Assembly: GCA_043743775.1 (NCBI GenBank)
Contig: JAYTVX010000397.1
Span: forward strand, 1-39,205
Direction: 5' to 3'
DNA length: 39,205 bases
Source of the DNA: Bacteroidales bacterium
Lineage (GTDB): Bacteria > Bacteroidota > Bacteroidia > Bacteroidales > Tenuifilaceae
Under the pieces are notes generated by a model, which did no database searches, was not told the origin of the DNA, and saw nothing but the letters and a program-made list of their open reading frames with translations. How positions within the stretch are numbered: position 1 is the first letter of the stretch; each line of letters opens with the position of its first letter. Position numbers and translations under genes: made by a program. Below are positions 27,111 to 35,530 of this stretch, piece by piece.

Positions 27111-27881
27111 ATGTTATACAATAGAGTTTTATGTATTGCTATCATATTTCTAGGCACACTGAATTCCTGTTATCACAGGGAGTTACACTATTCGTTTGAA
27201 ACATCCTACGGTGGGGTTATCTCTGGTTCATCCTGCTACTATCTTGCTCATGTACGGGAGTTTCAGATGCCCAAGGGCATTAGTACATTACCAGATGGAG
27301 GAATGTCAAGGGATATTCGCCAGCTTTTCGGACTATTTAAAACCGACACCCTATCCAGCTCTACCATTCTTGTAACCCGACTAGGAGATGTTGTAGGATG
27401 GCCTTCCAGATATTCTACTCGACTAGACAATAATACTTCTTATTACAGTGCAATTGGTATAGAGAATATAACCCAAGCCGATTCGTTAAATGGGATTTAC
27501 CTTTATGGATTAAAGAGTGGCAAACTTGAGAAATACTCAAAGGAAGTTGCATTGCCTGCGTTGTCAAGCACTGGCTCATTGATAGCCTACTGCGTTAAAA
27601 ACAAACTCGTGGTTGAAGACTACTCATCAAAAACTAAACTTTTCTCGTACCTTCTAAACTTTGTACCTGTTTTTGTTACCTGGCGGAACGATCAAGAGAT
27701 TTGTATTTATTTCTCCGATCCGTTTAGAGTAAAGATTTTAAATATTTCCACAGGACAAGTTTCTAATTCGAGTTTGAAGTACATAAAGAATTTTGATCAA
27801 GAGGTTGATATCGACCAAATATCCCGAATATTTAAAGCTACACCCGCACAATCAAAGGAGATTCTGGATCGGTACTACTAA
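27111..27881 (+). CDS. Hypothetical exported protein
   Basis: 256 aa with an N-terminal hydrophobic or lipoprotein-like segment (VLCIAIIFLGTLNSC) and beta-rich composition. No family recognised. It is divergent from gatE. Confidence 0.6.
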   Translation: MLYNRVLCIAIIFLGTLNSCYHRELHYSFETSYGGVISGSSCYYLAHVREFQMPKGISTLPDGGMSRDIRQLFGLFKTDTLSSSTILVTRLGDVVGWPSRYSTRLDNNTSYYSAIGIENITQADSLNGIYLYGLKSGKLEKYSKEVALPALSSTGSLIAYCVKNKLVVEDYSSKTKLFSYLLNFVPVFVTWRNDQEICIYFSDPFRVKILNISTGQVSNSSLKYIKNFDQEVDIDQISRIFKATPAQSKEILDRYY

Positions 27882-29122
27882 TCGAATTTTATAGTTTTTT
27901 CAGGGCTTATCCTCGAAACTACCATCGATGGTACAACGAGCATTGCAATTGTAACAATGAAGGTGCCTATATTCAGCAGTAGGATATGAATAGGATTAAG
28001 GTAAATCGGTACGGTGGATAGGTAGTAGCTCGTCTCGTCGAGCGTAATGATTCCAAACTCTTTCTGAATAAGGCAGAGGGCTAGCCCAACTAGATTTCCA
28101 AATATTAGTCCACGAATTACTATAATCCCCGATTGGATAAGAAAGATTCTTCGAACAAGAGGATTAGCAGCTCCCATCGCTTTTAGTACTCCAATCATTT
28201 TAGTTCGCTCAAGAATAATAATCAATAGACCTGATATCATGTTAATCACAGCCACCACGATCATGATTGCAATCAGTATTATTGCGTTTAAATCCTGAAG
28301 GCCAAGCCAGTCGAATATTGTAGGGTATTTTTCGAGGATACTTTGAACTTTCAGCTTGGAGCCATCATCAAAGAAAATTAATCCAGCAACGTCATCAACC
28401 TGAAGGGCAAGATCCTCGATACGGTCAAAATCATCCACGAGGAGCTCAAATCCCGATATCTGATCATCCTTCCAGTCGTTGAGCTTGCGGACATGCCGAA
28501 TATCTCCTAGCACAAAAACCTTGTCGAATTCCCCCATTTTGGTATCGTAAATTCCCGATACAGTAAAAACTCTACCTCTAGGTGGTTGCTGAACAAAGTA
28601 CATTGAGAATTTATCGCCAACTTTCAGCATCAGTAGCGATGCTAACGTTTTTGAGATAATGGTTTTATTGGTTGTAGCGGTATCGGATAGCTCGAAGATT
28701 TCACCTGCAATTAAGCTCTTTTTAAAGAAACTCCAGTCAAAGTCGGGGCCAATGCCTTTTAGGACAACTCCCTGGATATCGGTATCGGTTTTAATAATCC
28801 CCGGTTTTAAAGCGAATACCTGTATATGGCGAATCCCTTCGATGGCTTTGATTTTAGGAATGCAATCCTGATTTTTGCTAATAGGACGAGTCTCGTACGA
28901 ACGATTACCATCGTAGTTGGTAATCTGGATATGGCTTCCAAAACCTATTATTTTTTCGCTAATCTCCTTTTTGAACCCAGTAACTATTGCTATTGAAATA
29001 ATCATAATAGCGAGGCTTAGCGCAATGGCAATGGTAGTAATGCGAATAAACGGGCGCGACAGGTTCCCGCTTCCGCTTTCCTTGCTCATCAGGCGCTTTG
29101 CTATGAAATTCTCGAGGTTCAA
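27878..29122 (-). CDS. FtsX-family ABC transporter permease, LolC/LolE-like
   Basis: 414 aa. N-terminal FIAKRLM...TM helix, a large periplasmic MacB-like domain, and a C-terminal FtsX 3-TM bundle (LKAMGA motif). TTG start. Confidence 0.8.
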   Translation of the reverse strand: MNLENFIAKRLMSKESGSGNLSRPFIRITTIAIALSLAIMIISIAIVTGFKKEISEKIIGFGSHIQITNYDGNRSYETRPISKNQDCIPKIKAIEGIRHIQVFALKPGIIKTDTDIQGVVLKGIGPDFDWSFFKKSLIAGEIFELSDTATTNKTIISKTLASLLMLKVGDKFSMYFVQQPPRGRVFTVSGIYDTKMGEFDKVFVLGDIRHVRKLNDWKDDQISGFELLVDDFDRIEDLALQVDDVAGLIFFDDGSKLKVQSILEKYPTIFDWLGLQDLNAIILIAIMIVVAVINMISGLLIIILERTKMIGVLKAMGAANPLVRRIFLIQSGIIVIRGLIFGNLVGLALCLIQKEFGIITLDETSYYLSTVPIYLNPIHILLLNIGTFIVTIAMLVVPSMVVSRISPEKTIKFD

Positions 29123-29157
29123 TGCTAAAATATTTAGTTGTAAAAATAATTAAAATT

Positions 29158-29460
29158 GACCGCAGACAACACGGATTAAACGGATTTGAACAGATTATTA
29201 TTTTCTTTCTAAATCAGCAAGTATTTCACTATGCTAGTGCGGACTTTTAATCTAGGCCTTAAAAGTCAAAAAAACAATCGCACGGATTACAAATCCGCAC
29301 GAGTGGGTTTGAAGAGAGGACGGTGTTTCATGGTGTTATGTAGTTTTGTTTTTTATAGTTTAAAATCAAAAAGATAAACACAGAGGCGCAGAGTTATGGT
29401 TTGCTTTTAATCTGTGATTATCAGTTTTTTCCGTGTCATCAGTGTTCCGTTTTGATTTTT
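29158..29460. repeat. Composite intergenic region of short ACGGAT/CAGAT-type motifs plus a perfect hairpin
   Basis: CGCAGACAACACGGATTAAACGGATTTGAACAGATT (29161-29196); CGCACGGATTACAAATCCGCACG (29279-29301); AACACAGAGGCGCAGAG (29377-29393); inverted copies AATCTGTGATTATCAG...CCGTGTCATCAGTGTTCCGT (29409-29450); perfect 9-bp hairpin GACTTTTAA-N8-TTAAAAGTC (29242-29267). Confidence 0.5.
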
Positions 29461-29495
29461 TTTTAACACCTACGTTAAAGTTAACAGATTAATCT

Positions 29496-30128
29496 CTACT
29501 TCCTCCCAAAATCTGCGGGTATTTCGCCCCAGATGATTGTTTCCCATTTCAGGATTGGATTTCTCCAGATATTCTCCTTGAGCCATTTCTCAGCCCGATC
29601 GAGCAGCTCGAAAAGTATTTCATTGTCGGGCGATTTTATCAGCTTTGTATTCGCTTTCCGATTTCGAACCCAGGCAATAGCGGTCATTGAGTCGGTATAG
29701 ATTGGTAGGTTGCTCTTTTCGCGCTTAAGCAAAGCAAGAGCATGAACAATGGCCAGAAACTCACCAATATTGTTGGTGCCATCGAGGTATGGTCCTTGAT
29801 GAAAGATTAATCGCCCGGTTTGGGCATCAACCCCTTGATACTCCATATCACCAGTTGCAGTATTCCACGCAGCATCAACAGCCATTGAAGGATACACAGG
29901 CTTGGGTTGATTTTCGTCTAACCCAAAAAGTCCATTACTCTTTGAACTCTTCGTTTTAAAGTCCTCGTAGTTGCCATTGAATGCTTTCTCAGCAGCAATA
30001 CGTGTTGGAAATCCTTTAAACTTTGCGTTGGGGTAGTTCTTGATCTGCTTCTGGCACTCCTCCCACGATTCATAAATGCCAGGTTTTAGACCCGACCACA
30101 CAACGTAAAACTTGCTAATTCTAGGCAT
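29496..30128 (-). CDS. Ribonuclease H1 with an N-terminal hybrid-binding (caulimovirus VI-like) domain
   Basis: 210 aa. HBD: FYVVWSGLKPGIYESWEECQKQIKNYPNAKFKGFPTRIAAEKAF. RNase H core: AVDAAW...TNNIGEFLAIVHAL...IYTDSMTAIAW (D-E-D catalytic pattern). Confidence 0.85.
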   Translation of the reverse strand: MPRISKFYVVWSGLKPGIYESWEECQKQIKNYPNAKFKGFPTRIAAEKAFNGNYEDFKTKSSKSNGLFGLDENQPKPVYPSMAVDAAWNTATGDMEYQGVDAQTGRLIFHQGPYLDGTNNIGEFLAIVHALALLKREKSNLPIYTDSMTAIAWVRNRKANTKLIKSPDNEILFELLDRAEKWLKENIWRNPILKWETIIWGEIPADFGRK

Positions 30129-30150
30129 TTATTCTTATTGATATATAGGA

Positions 30151-31332
30151 TTACTCGAAATCGGGGTAAAGTAGATATTTTTCTCGAATCTTTTCGAATT
30201 CGTTTAATGGCTTACGCCAACTTTTACTAATTGTCTCAGCATCGAGTCCTTGCTCAATCTGTCGTTTTAATTCAGGAGTACCCGATAGGTTGACGAAGAA
30301 ATTGTTGAAAAAAGTTTTTTTGTCGCTAAACATTTTGTAGGCGAAAATCAGCCATTCAAGGTTAATATTGGGATTATCCTTAAAATATTTTTGTGAATAT
30401 TCGCGGAGGTCGAAGCCATTGCATTCTTGGTTCTTGTAGGGTGGATTTTTGCTAGCTCCAACCTTTTCAATGGGGATAAAGGAGTATCCTGTTTTTTGTA
30501 ATGATGGATGTCCAAATATCTGGAAAGGGTAATCCGTTCCTCGCCCAACGCTAATGCATGTTCCCTCGAAAAAACCTAGTGATGGGTAAAGCAAAACTGC
30601 AGTTTGGTTTGGTAAATTGGGGGATGGACGAATGGGGAGCTGATACATCATTGTATGGTCATAGTTTTTGCAGGGTATCACTTTGATAGTGCATTGAATG
30701 CCATTCTTTAACCACTTCTCGCCATTTATCATTTGTGCATACTCACCAATGGTCATTCCATGCACTAGGGGGACAGGATGCATTCCCACAAAAGAGCGAT
30801 ATGCGGTATCGAGAACTGGTCCGTCAATATAAAATCCGTTGGGGTTTGGTCTATCGAGGATAATCAGGGTTATGCCCTGCTCGGCACAAGCTTCCATCAC
30901 GTAGTGCATGGTTGAGATATAGGTGTAGAAACGAACCCCAACATCCTGCATATCAAATATTACAACATCAATCCCTCTTAAGTCTTTAGGTGTAGGTTTC
31001 TTATGGCTACCATAGAGTGAAATAACCTGCAACCCAGTTTTTTTATCTATTTGATTTTTGATAACCTCCCCGGCATCCCCTTCACCCCGAAATCCATGTT
31101 CGGGACAGAATATCTTCTTAACTTTAATTTTAAGGTTCAAAAGACTATCCACCAGATGAACCATTCCAATGGTTGAGGAGTGATTTGCTACAACAGCTAT
31201 CTTTTTATGTGCTAAAAGAGGGACATACTGGCCGGTTTGATCTGCTCCTACCAGCAGCGTATCCTGCTGTGCGTATGTGAATTTGCCTATTAATAGGGCT
31301 ATTGCTAAGGTATAGATAGTACGTTTACTCAA
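30151..31332 (-). CDS. namZ: DUF1343 family protein (exo-beta-N-acetylmuramidase NamZ-like)
   Basis: 393 aa with a strong by-eye match to YbbC/NamZ: PEHGFRGEGDAGE, SLYG..KKPT, DMQDVGVRFYTYISTM, LDRPNPNG, HGMTIGE. Signal peptide present. TTG start. Confidence 0.75.
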   Translation of the reverse strand: MSKRTIYTLAIALLIGKFTYAQQDTLLVGADQTGQYVPLLAHKKIAVVANHSSTIGMVHLVDSLLNLKIKVKKIFCPEHGFRGEGDAGEVIKNQIDKKTGLQVISLYGSHKKPTPKDLRGIDVVIFDMQDVGVRFYTYISTMHYVMEACAEQGITLIILDRPNPNGFYIDGPVLDTAYRSFVGMHPVPLVHGMTIGEYAQMINGEKWLKNGIQCTIKVIPCKNYDHTMMYQLPIRPSPNLPNQTAVLLYPSLGFFEGTCISVGRGTDYPFQIFGHPSLQKTGYSFIPIEKVGASKNPPYKNQECNGFDLREYSQKYFKDNPNINLEWLIFAYKMFSDKKTFFNNFFVNLSGTPELKRQIEQGLDAETISKSWRKPLNEFEKIREKYLLYPDFE

Positions 31333-31412
31333 CGGTCAAAATTTAATCTTTACTAAAGTAGGAAAAATCGGACAGAAAAAAGCTTTTTCACCAATTGTAA
31401 ATGACATTCAAT

Positions 31413-31448
31413 AAAAAAATGTCATGGTAAAGTTACCATGACATTTTT
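31413..31448 (-). terminator. Intrinsic terminator after the aminotransferase gene
   Basis: Near-perfect palindrome ATGTCATGGTAA-AG-TTACCATGACAT, flanked by an A-run and a T-run. The minus strand ends in TTTTTTT. Confidence 0.8.
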
Positions 31449-31468
31449 GAAATTAATAGTTTTTATGA

Positions 31469-32668
31469 TTAGATCGTTCTACCTGGGTACTGTTTAAGCG
31501 CTTCCTCGAGGCATTTCATAGCGTTTTTCAGATCATCGATCTTGAGAACGTAAGCAATTCGAACCTCATTTTTGCCATAACCTGGGGTTGAATAAAACCC
31601 AGTAGCAGGAGCAAGCATTACGGTTTGATTATTGTACTCAAAGCTATCGAGAAGCCACTGAGCAAACTTATCGGAATCGTCGATTGGAAGTTTCACAACA
31701 GTGTAGAAAGCCCCCTTAGGTTTTGGGCAGTAAACACCCTCCATCTTGTTAAGGACTTCAACCATGTAGTTACGACGCTCAATGTACTCGTTGTAAACCT
31801 CATCGAAGTATTCTTTTGGAGTAGTTAAAGCGGCCTCAGCAGCAATCTGTCCGTAGGATGGTGGTGAAAGTCGAGCCTGAGCAAATCTCATGGCCGAAGC
31901 AATCACCTCCTTATTTAAGGAGATTAGCGCACCAATTCTAACCCCACACATGCTATAGCGCTTCGAAACGGAATCTAAAAGGATTACGTTGTTCTCAAGC
32001 CCTTTTAGCATCATTGCAGAGAAGTGGGTTTCACCGTCGTAGCAGAACTCGCGGTAAACCTCATCGGAAAAAAGGTACAGGTCGTGCTTTTTGATAATGG
32101 TTGCAAGCTGCTCAAGTTCTGCCTGTGAGTATAAATAGCCGGTTGGGTTGTTTGGATTACAAATTACAATCCCTTTGGTTTTAGGTGTAATTAGCTTCTC
32201 AAACTCAGCAACTGGAGGTAAAGCAAAATCCTTATTGATATACGAGGTGATAGGCTTAACAATTACCCCTGCCTGCAGTGCAAAGCTGTTATAGTTTGCA
32301 TAGAATGGCTCAGGAATAATCACCTCATCACCAGGATTTAAGCAGGTCATAAACGCAATGGTTATTGCCTCTGAACCTCCTGTTGTTGTTATTATATCGT
32401 TGGGGGTGATACTTATACCGATAGACTTATAGTAGTTCGCTAAACCCTTGCGGTAACTTTCGTTCCCAGCTGAGTGGCTATACTCAACAACATTTAAAGG
32501 ATTATTTTTAATAGCATCAAGGGCAATCTTTGGGGTAGGTATATCGGGTTGGCCAATGTTTAGGTGATATACCTTGCGACCCTTGCGTTTCGCCTCTTCG
32601 GCAAATGGAACAAGCTTGCGTATTGGCGAAGCAGGCATCGCTTTGCCCTTTTCTGAAATAACTGGCAT
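31469..32668 (-). CDS. PLP-dependent aminotransferase, class I (aspartate/aromatic aminotransferase-like)
   Basis: 399 aa with ICNPNNPTG and SVSKRYSMCGVRIGAL (PLP Lys). Confidence 0.85.
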   Translation of the reverse strand: MPVISEKGKAMPASPIRKLVPFAEEAKRKGRKVYHLNIGQPDIPTPKIALDAIKNNPLNVVEYSHSAGNESYRKGLANYYKSIGISITPNDIITTTGGSEAITIAFMTCLNPGDEVIIPEPFYANYNSFALQAGVIVKPITSYINKDFALPPVAEFEKLITPKTKGIVICNPNNPTGYLYSQAELEQLATIIKKHDLYLFSDEVYREFCYDGETHFSAMMLKGLENNVILLDSVSKRYSMCGVRIGALISLNKEVIASAMRFAQARLSPPSYGQIAAEAALTTPKEYFDEVYNEYIERRNYMVEVLNKMEGVYCPKPKGAFYTVVKLPIDDSDKFAQWLLDSFEYNNQTVMLAPATGFYSTPGYGKNEVRIAYVLKIDDLKNAMKCLEEALKQYPGRTI

Positions 32669-32694
32669 GATAAAAACTTTTAGATAGTAAGGAA

Positions 32695-33114
32695 TTACTT
32701 TGTAGGCTGTGGTTGAACTTGTGGATTAACTACGCCTTTTATGGTTAACACTACAGGGCTTGTGGTTGCATTTGAATACACCCTAATCTGTTTCTGAAAT
32801 GTACCTGGAATCATAGTATTATACTTAACGGTTATCTTGCCCTTATTACCTGGTTTAATTGGTTCTCTCGACCAGTCAGGAGTAGTGCAACCGCATGATG
32901 CCTGAACGTTGGTTAAAGTTAATACTTCTTTCCCTGAGTTTGTAAATTCGAATTCGCAGGTACCATTGGCACTATACTCAACTGTACCGTAATCGTGCTC
33001 AAGAGAGGTGAAAGTTATCTCGGTTTGGATAACCGTTGGTGTTGTTTCTACTGTTTGAGCGCTCAGCATTCCAAAGAAAAAAACTGCTGAAATTGAAAGG
33101 ATTATCTTTTTCAT
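32695..33114 (-). CDS. DUF1573 domain-containing secreted protein
   Basis: Start chosen at MKKIILSISAVFFFGMLSAQ (ATG at 33114) rather than the ORF-track start at 33228. The DUF1573 signature ASCGCTTPDWSREPIKPGNKGKITVKYN is present. Confidence 0.75.
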   Translation of the reverse strand: MKKIILSISAVFFFGMLSAQTVETTPTVIQTEITFTSLEHDYGTVEYSANGTCEFEFTNSGKEVLTLTNVQASCGCTTPDWSREPIKPGNKGKITVKYNTMIPGTFQKQIRVYSNATTSPVVLTIKGVVNPQVQPQPTK

Positions 33115-33344
33115 GGGGTTTGATATTTTTTTAATTATGGGTTCAAAGGTATAAGAAATTGATATTAATACGAATGATATTTCAAAAGGTTTTTGTTCTA
33201 ATCCTATAGATATAGTATAATTTAACACAATTAGGATGCCAGAAAGGGTGGGAGGTTAATCGGAGGTTAAAGAAATCAGAGAATATAATTTTTGGATATT
33301 CTTTCGACGATGAATTTTATTAACGATTTACTAATAACAATCAA

Positions 33345-34121
33345 CTATATATTGATGAGGAACTCATCGTAATTTCCAATAATCTCGAATCCCACTTTCC
33401 GATAGCAGCTAATGGCAGCAATATTGTCGGATTTCACATTCAAACCAATATAATTTACTTTTTTCGTAAGATCTAAGCACAAGTGGGCGGTTAATTTGTA
33501 TCCAATTTGTCGTCCACGATAAGCCGGATGTGTTGCAATGTTGCCAAGCGCAGCAACTTTATACCCCTCAGAGTAAACGTGTATGCCGGCAATGCCTAAT
33601 AGTTTGCTTTCAGCAAAATATCCAAAGTATTTTTGAGTTTCGAGCATCCGTTTATCGAACCAGTTATCGGGGTAAGAAGCGGAGTAGAACTCGTTAATTA
33701 TCGAAATATCGTTGATGTTTAAACGCTTGATATTGTCATCCGCGATCAGTGAGGGGTTCCTTTTAAGCGCCATTTTATAATGAGGTCCAAAAGATTCAAC
33801 GATACTCTGTTTCCCAAAAACATCAATAAGATTAGTACCGAGATGAGCGTAAAACTTGGTTGGTAGAATTGGTTTTACTCTTTGGAGTAGTTGATGGGTC
33901 GATTCACGGTCCTTATCATAAATTGCCAGCAGGGTGGGTGTTGACATCCCTACATAAAGCAATACGATGGATTTAATTTCATCGCCCTCTTTTAATGAAT
34001 ACCAAATTGTTTTAGGCCAAAAGAAATCATCCAAATCCCCGATGGAGTATACCTGAAGTTCAGGGGCGTTCATCAAGAACGTCAGTATTTCGGGTTTGCT
34101 ATGAAGGATATGGAGTTCCAT
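33345..34121 (-). CDS. GNAT-family N-acetyltransferase
   Basis: 258 aa with a C-terminal acetyl-CoA motif (HPAYRGRQIGYKL) and a terminal AISCYRKVGFE. Confidence 0.7.
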   Translation of the reverse strand: MELHILHSKPEILTFLMNAPELQVYSIGDLDDFFWPKTIWYSLKEGDEIKSIVLLYVGMSTPTLLAIYDKDRESTHQLLQRVKPILPTKFYAHLGTNLIDVFGKQSIVESFGPHYKMALKRNPSLIADDNIKRLNINDISIINEFYSASYPDNWFDKRMLETQKYFGYFAESKLLGIAGIHVYSEGYKVAALGNIATHPAYRGRQIGYKLTAHLCLDLTKKVNYIGLNVKSDNIAAISCYRKVGFEIIGNYDEFLINI

Positions 34122-34132
34122 TCAAACACTTG

Positions 34133-35524
34133 TTAGTACACCGATTTCCCTTTTACAACACCCTCAATGATCTCCCGTGAAATAATGTTTTCAACCTTTT
34201 TAATGGCCTCCTTGTATGCTTCTGAACCAGCCTGAAGGTAATCGAAATGCGCGCCCGTAATATTATCGAGTTGTTTGGTATAAACCTCTGCGCCTGTTCT
34301 ATCCTTTACTGAAATTGTCACACTTAGTGTTGTTTTCTTATAGTTTCCGGATTCACCTTTACTTTTGGTTGAGGCAATAATGCTGATTCTGTAATCTGCG
34401 TCGTCCTCTTTATCAGTGGTTGAGTACCCTCCTTCAAGAATTTTATGCTTAAGGCTCTCGCTTATAGGGGCAGGATTTAGCTTGCTATCTAAATTGGTTT
34501 CGTCGGAGGTGAAATAGAATAGCGGCTTAGTAACGCTAATGGTAATTGTTGCCTCAGGTGCACGGAATCGGGTGAATAGCTTGCGAATCACATAGTCCGT
34601 TGTAGCCTCGTTGGCAATACTCTCGAGATTTAGGGTTGTGTTTAACGTTTCGATATTCCTATTCGAACGAATAGCATCAATCATAAAAGATGCAAGCCCA
34701 TTATTATCGGTTTGAACTTTGCTATTCCGCAAAGGTTTTTCGGTAAAGGTAGCCGATAGCGTGATTCCATTTAATGGTTGTCCGTTTTGCCCCGATACCT
34801 TAAACTCAAGCAAACCAGCAGGGATAAGTTGACCCTGTTTCACCTTGATCTGCCTATTGCTTGCTACAATTCTAACGGATGATATAACCTGTGTGATTTC
34901 TCTAAACAGCTCATTTCCGAGGTATATGTCTTTACCCTGATATTGTACTAATAATGGGTCGGTAAAATAAGGCTTTAGCGGTTCTAAGGCCTTGATGAAG
35001 TTGAATAAAGCTAAATGAATATCACCTGTCTTCTCAGCAGTAACCCCTTTATCAAAAAGGTCGAGGGCTTTTGTTACAGCTTTTGATTTACGCTCCTCCT
35101 TGATTCGTTGATAATCGGTTTTTGAAAGTCTGAAGTAGACCCAGTAGCTATTTCCATCCTCATAGTTCCCAACGGTCTCATAGCCTTCTAGATCCTGCTC
35201 GGTTTGAGTTTTTATGGTCTTCGTGAAATCTTCGCTGAAGTTGAGGTTGCTCTCGAAAGTAGAAAGCAACGAGTTGGTCGAAATATTAACCGAAATATCG
35301 CTTGCCATATCCGAAAGAGCATTCTGCTTTGCAGTTTGCTGGGTTTGATTCATATCGGCTGTTTTTGTTGCTGAACCGATTCCAACATAATAGGTTGATG
35401 AAATTGGTCGATTTTGAATCCATGAAGGTGGAGGAGCATAAGTTGTTTCAACTTTTTTAGAACCACCACACCCAAACAGCAGTAGTGTTAGAGGCAGGAT
35501 AACAATTACTTTTTTTAGTATCAT
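34133..35524 (-). CDS. Lipoprotein with an LPP20-like N-terminal domain
   Basis: 463 aa with the lipobox LLLFGCGGS. The N-terminal YYVGIGSATKTADMNQTQQTAKQNALSDMASDISVNI resembles LPP20. The rest is unassigned. Confidence 0.55.
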   Translation of the reverse strand: MILKKVIVILPLTLLLFGCGGSKKVETTYAPPPSWIQNRPISSTYYVGIGSATKTADMNQTQQTAKQNALSDMASDISVNISTNSLLSTFESNLNFSEDFTKTIKTQTEQDLEGYETVGNYEDGNSYWVYFRLSKTDYQRIKEERKSKAVTKALDLFDKGVTAEKTGDIHLALFNFIKALEPLKPYFTDPLLVQYQGKDIYLGNELFREITQVISSVRIVASNRQIKVKQGQLIPAGLLEFKVSGQNGQPLNGITLSATFTEKPLRNSKVQTDNNGLASFMIDAIRSNRNIETLNTTLNLESIANEATTDYVIRKLFTRFRAPEATITISVTKPLFYFTSDETNLDSKLNPAPISESLKHKILEGGYSTTDKEDDADYRISIIASTKSKGESGNYKKTTLSVTISVKDRTGAEVYTKQLDNITGAHFDYLQAGSEAYKEAIKKVENIISREIIEGVVKGKSVY

Positions 35525-35530
35525 GATTAT

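Noticed and set aside
21397-31828. Miscellaneous short overlapping ORFs (21397..21582, 22457..22663, 28659..28871, 28917..29153, 30348..30548, 31625..31828)
   Set aside because: Each is nested in or antisense to a confidently assigned gene and has no recognisable motif.
32695-33228. The 38-aa N-terminal extension of the DUF1573 ORF (ORF-track start at 33228)
   Set aside because: The extension has no signal-peptide character, whereas the internal ATG at 33114 gives a canonical MKKIILSISAVFFFG...AQ signal peptide. The shorter model is preferred.
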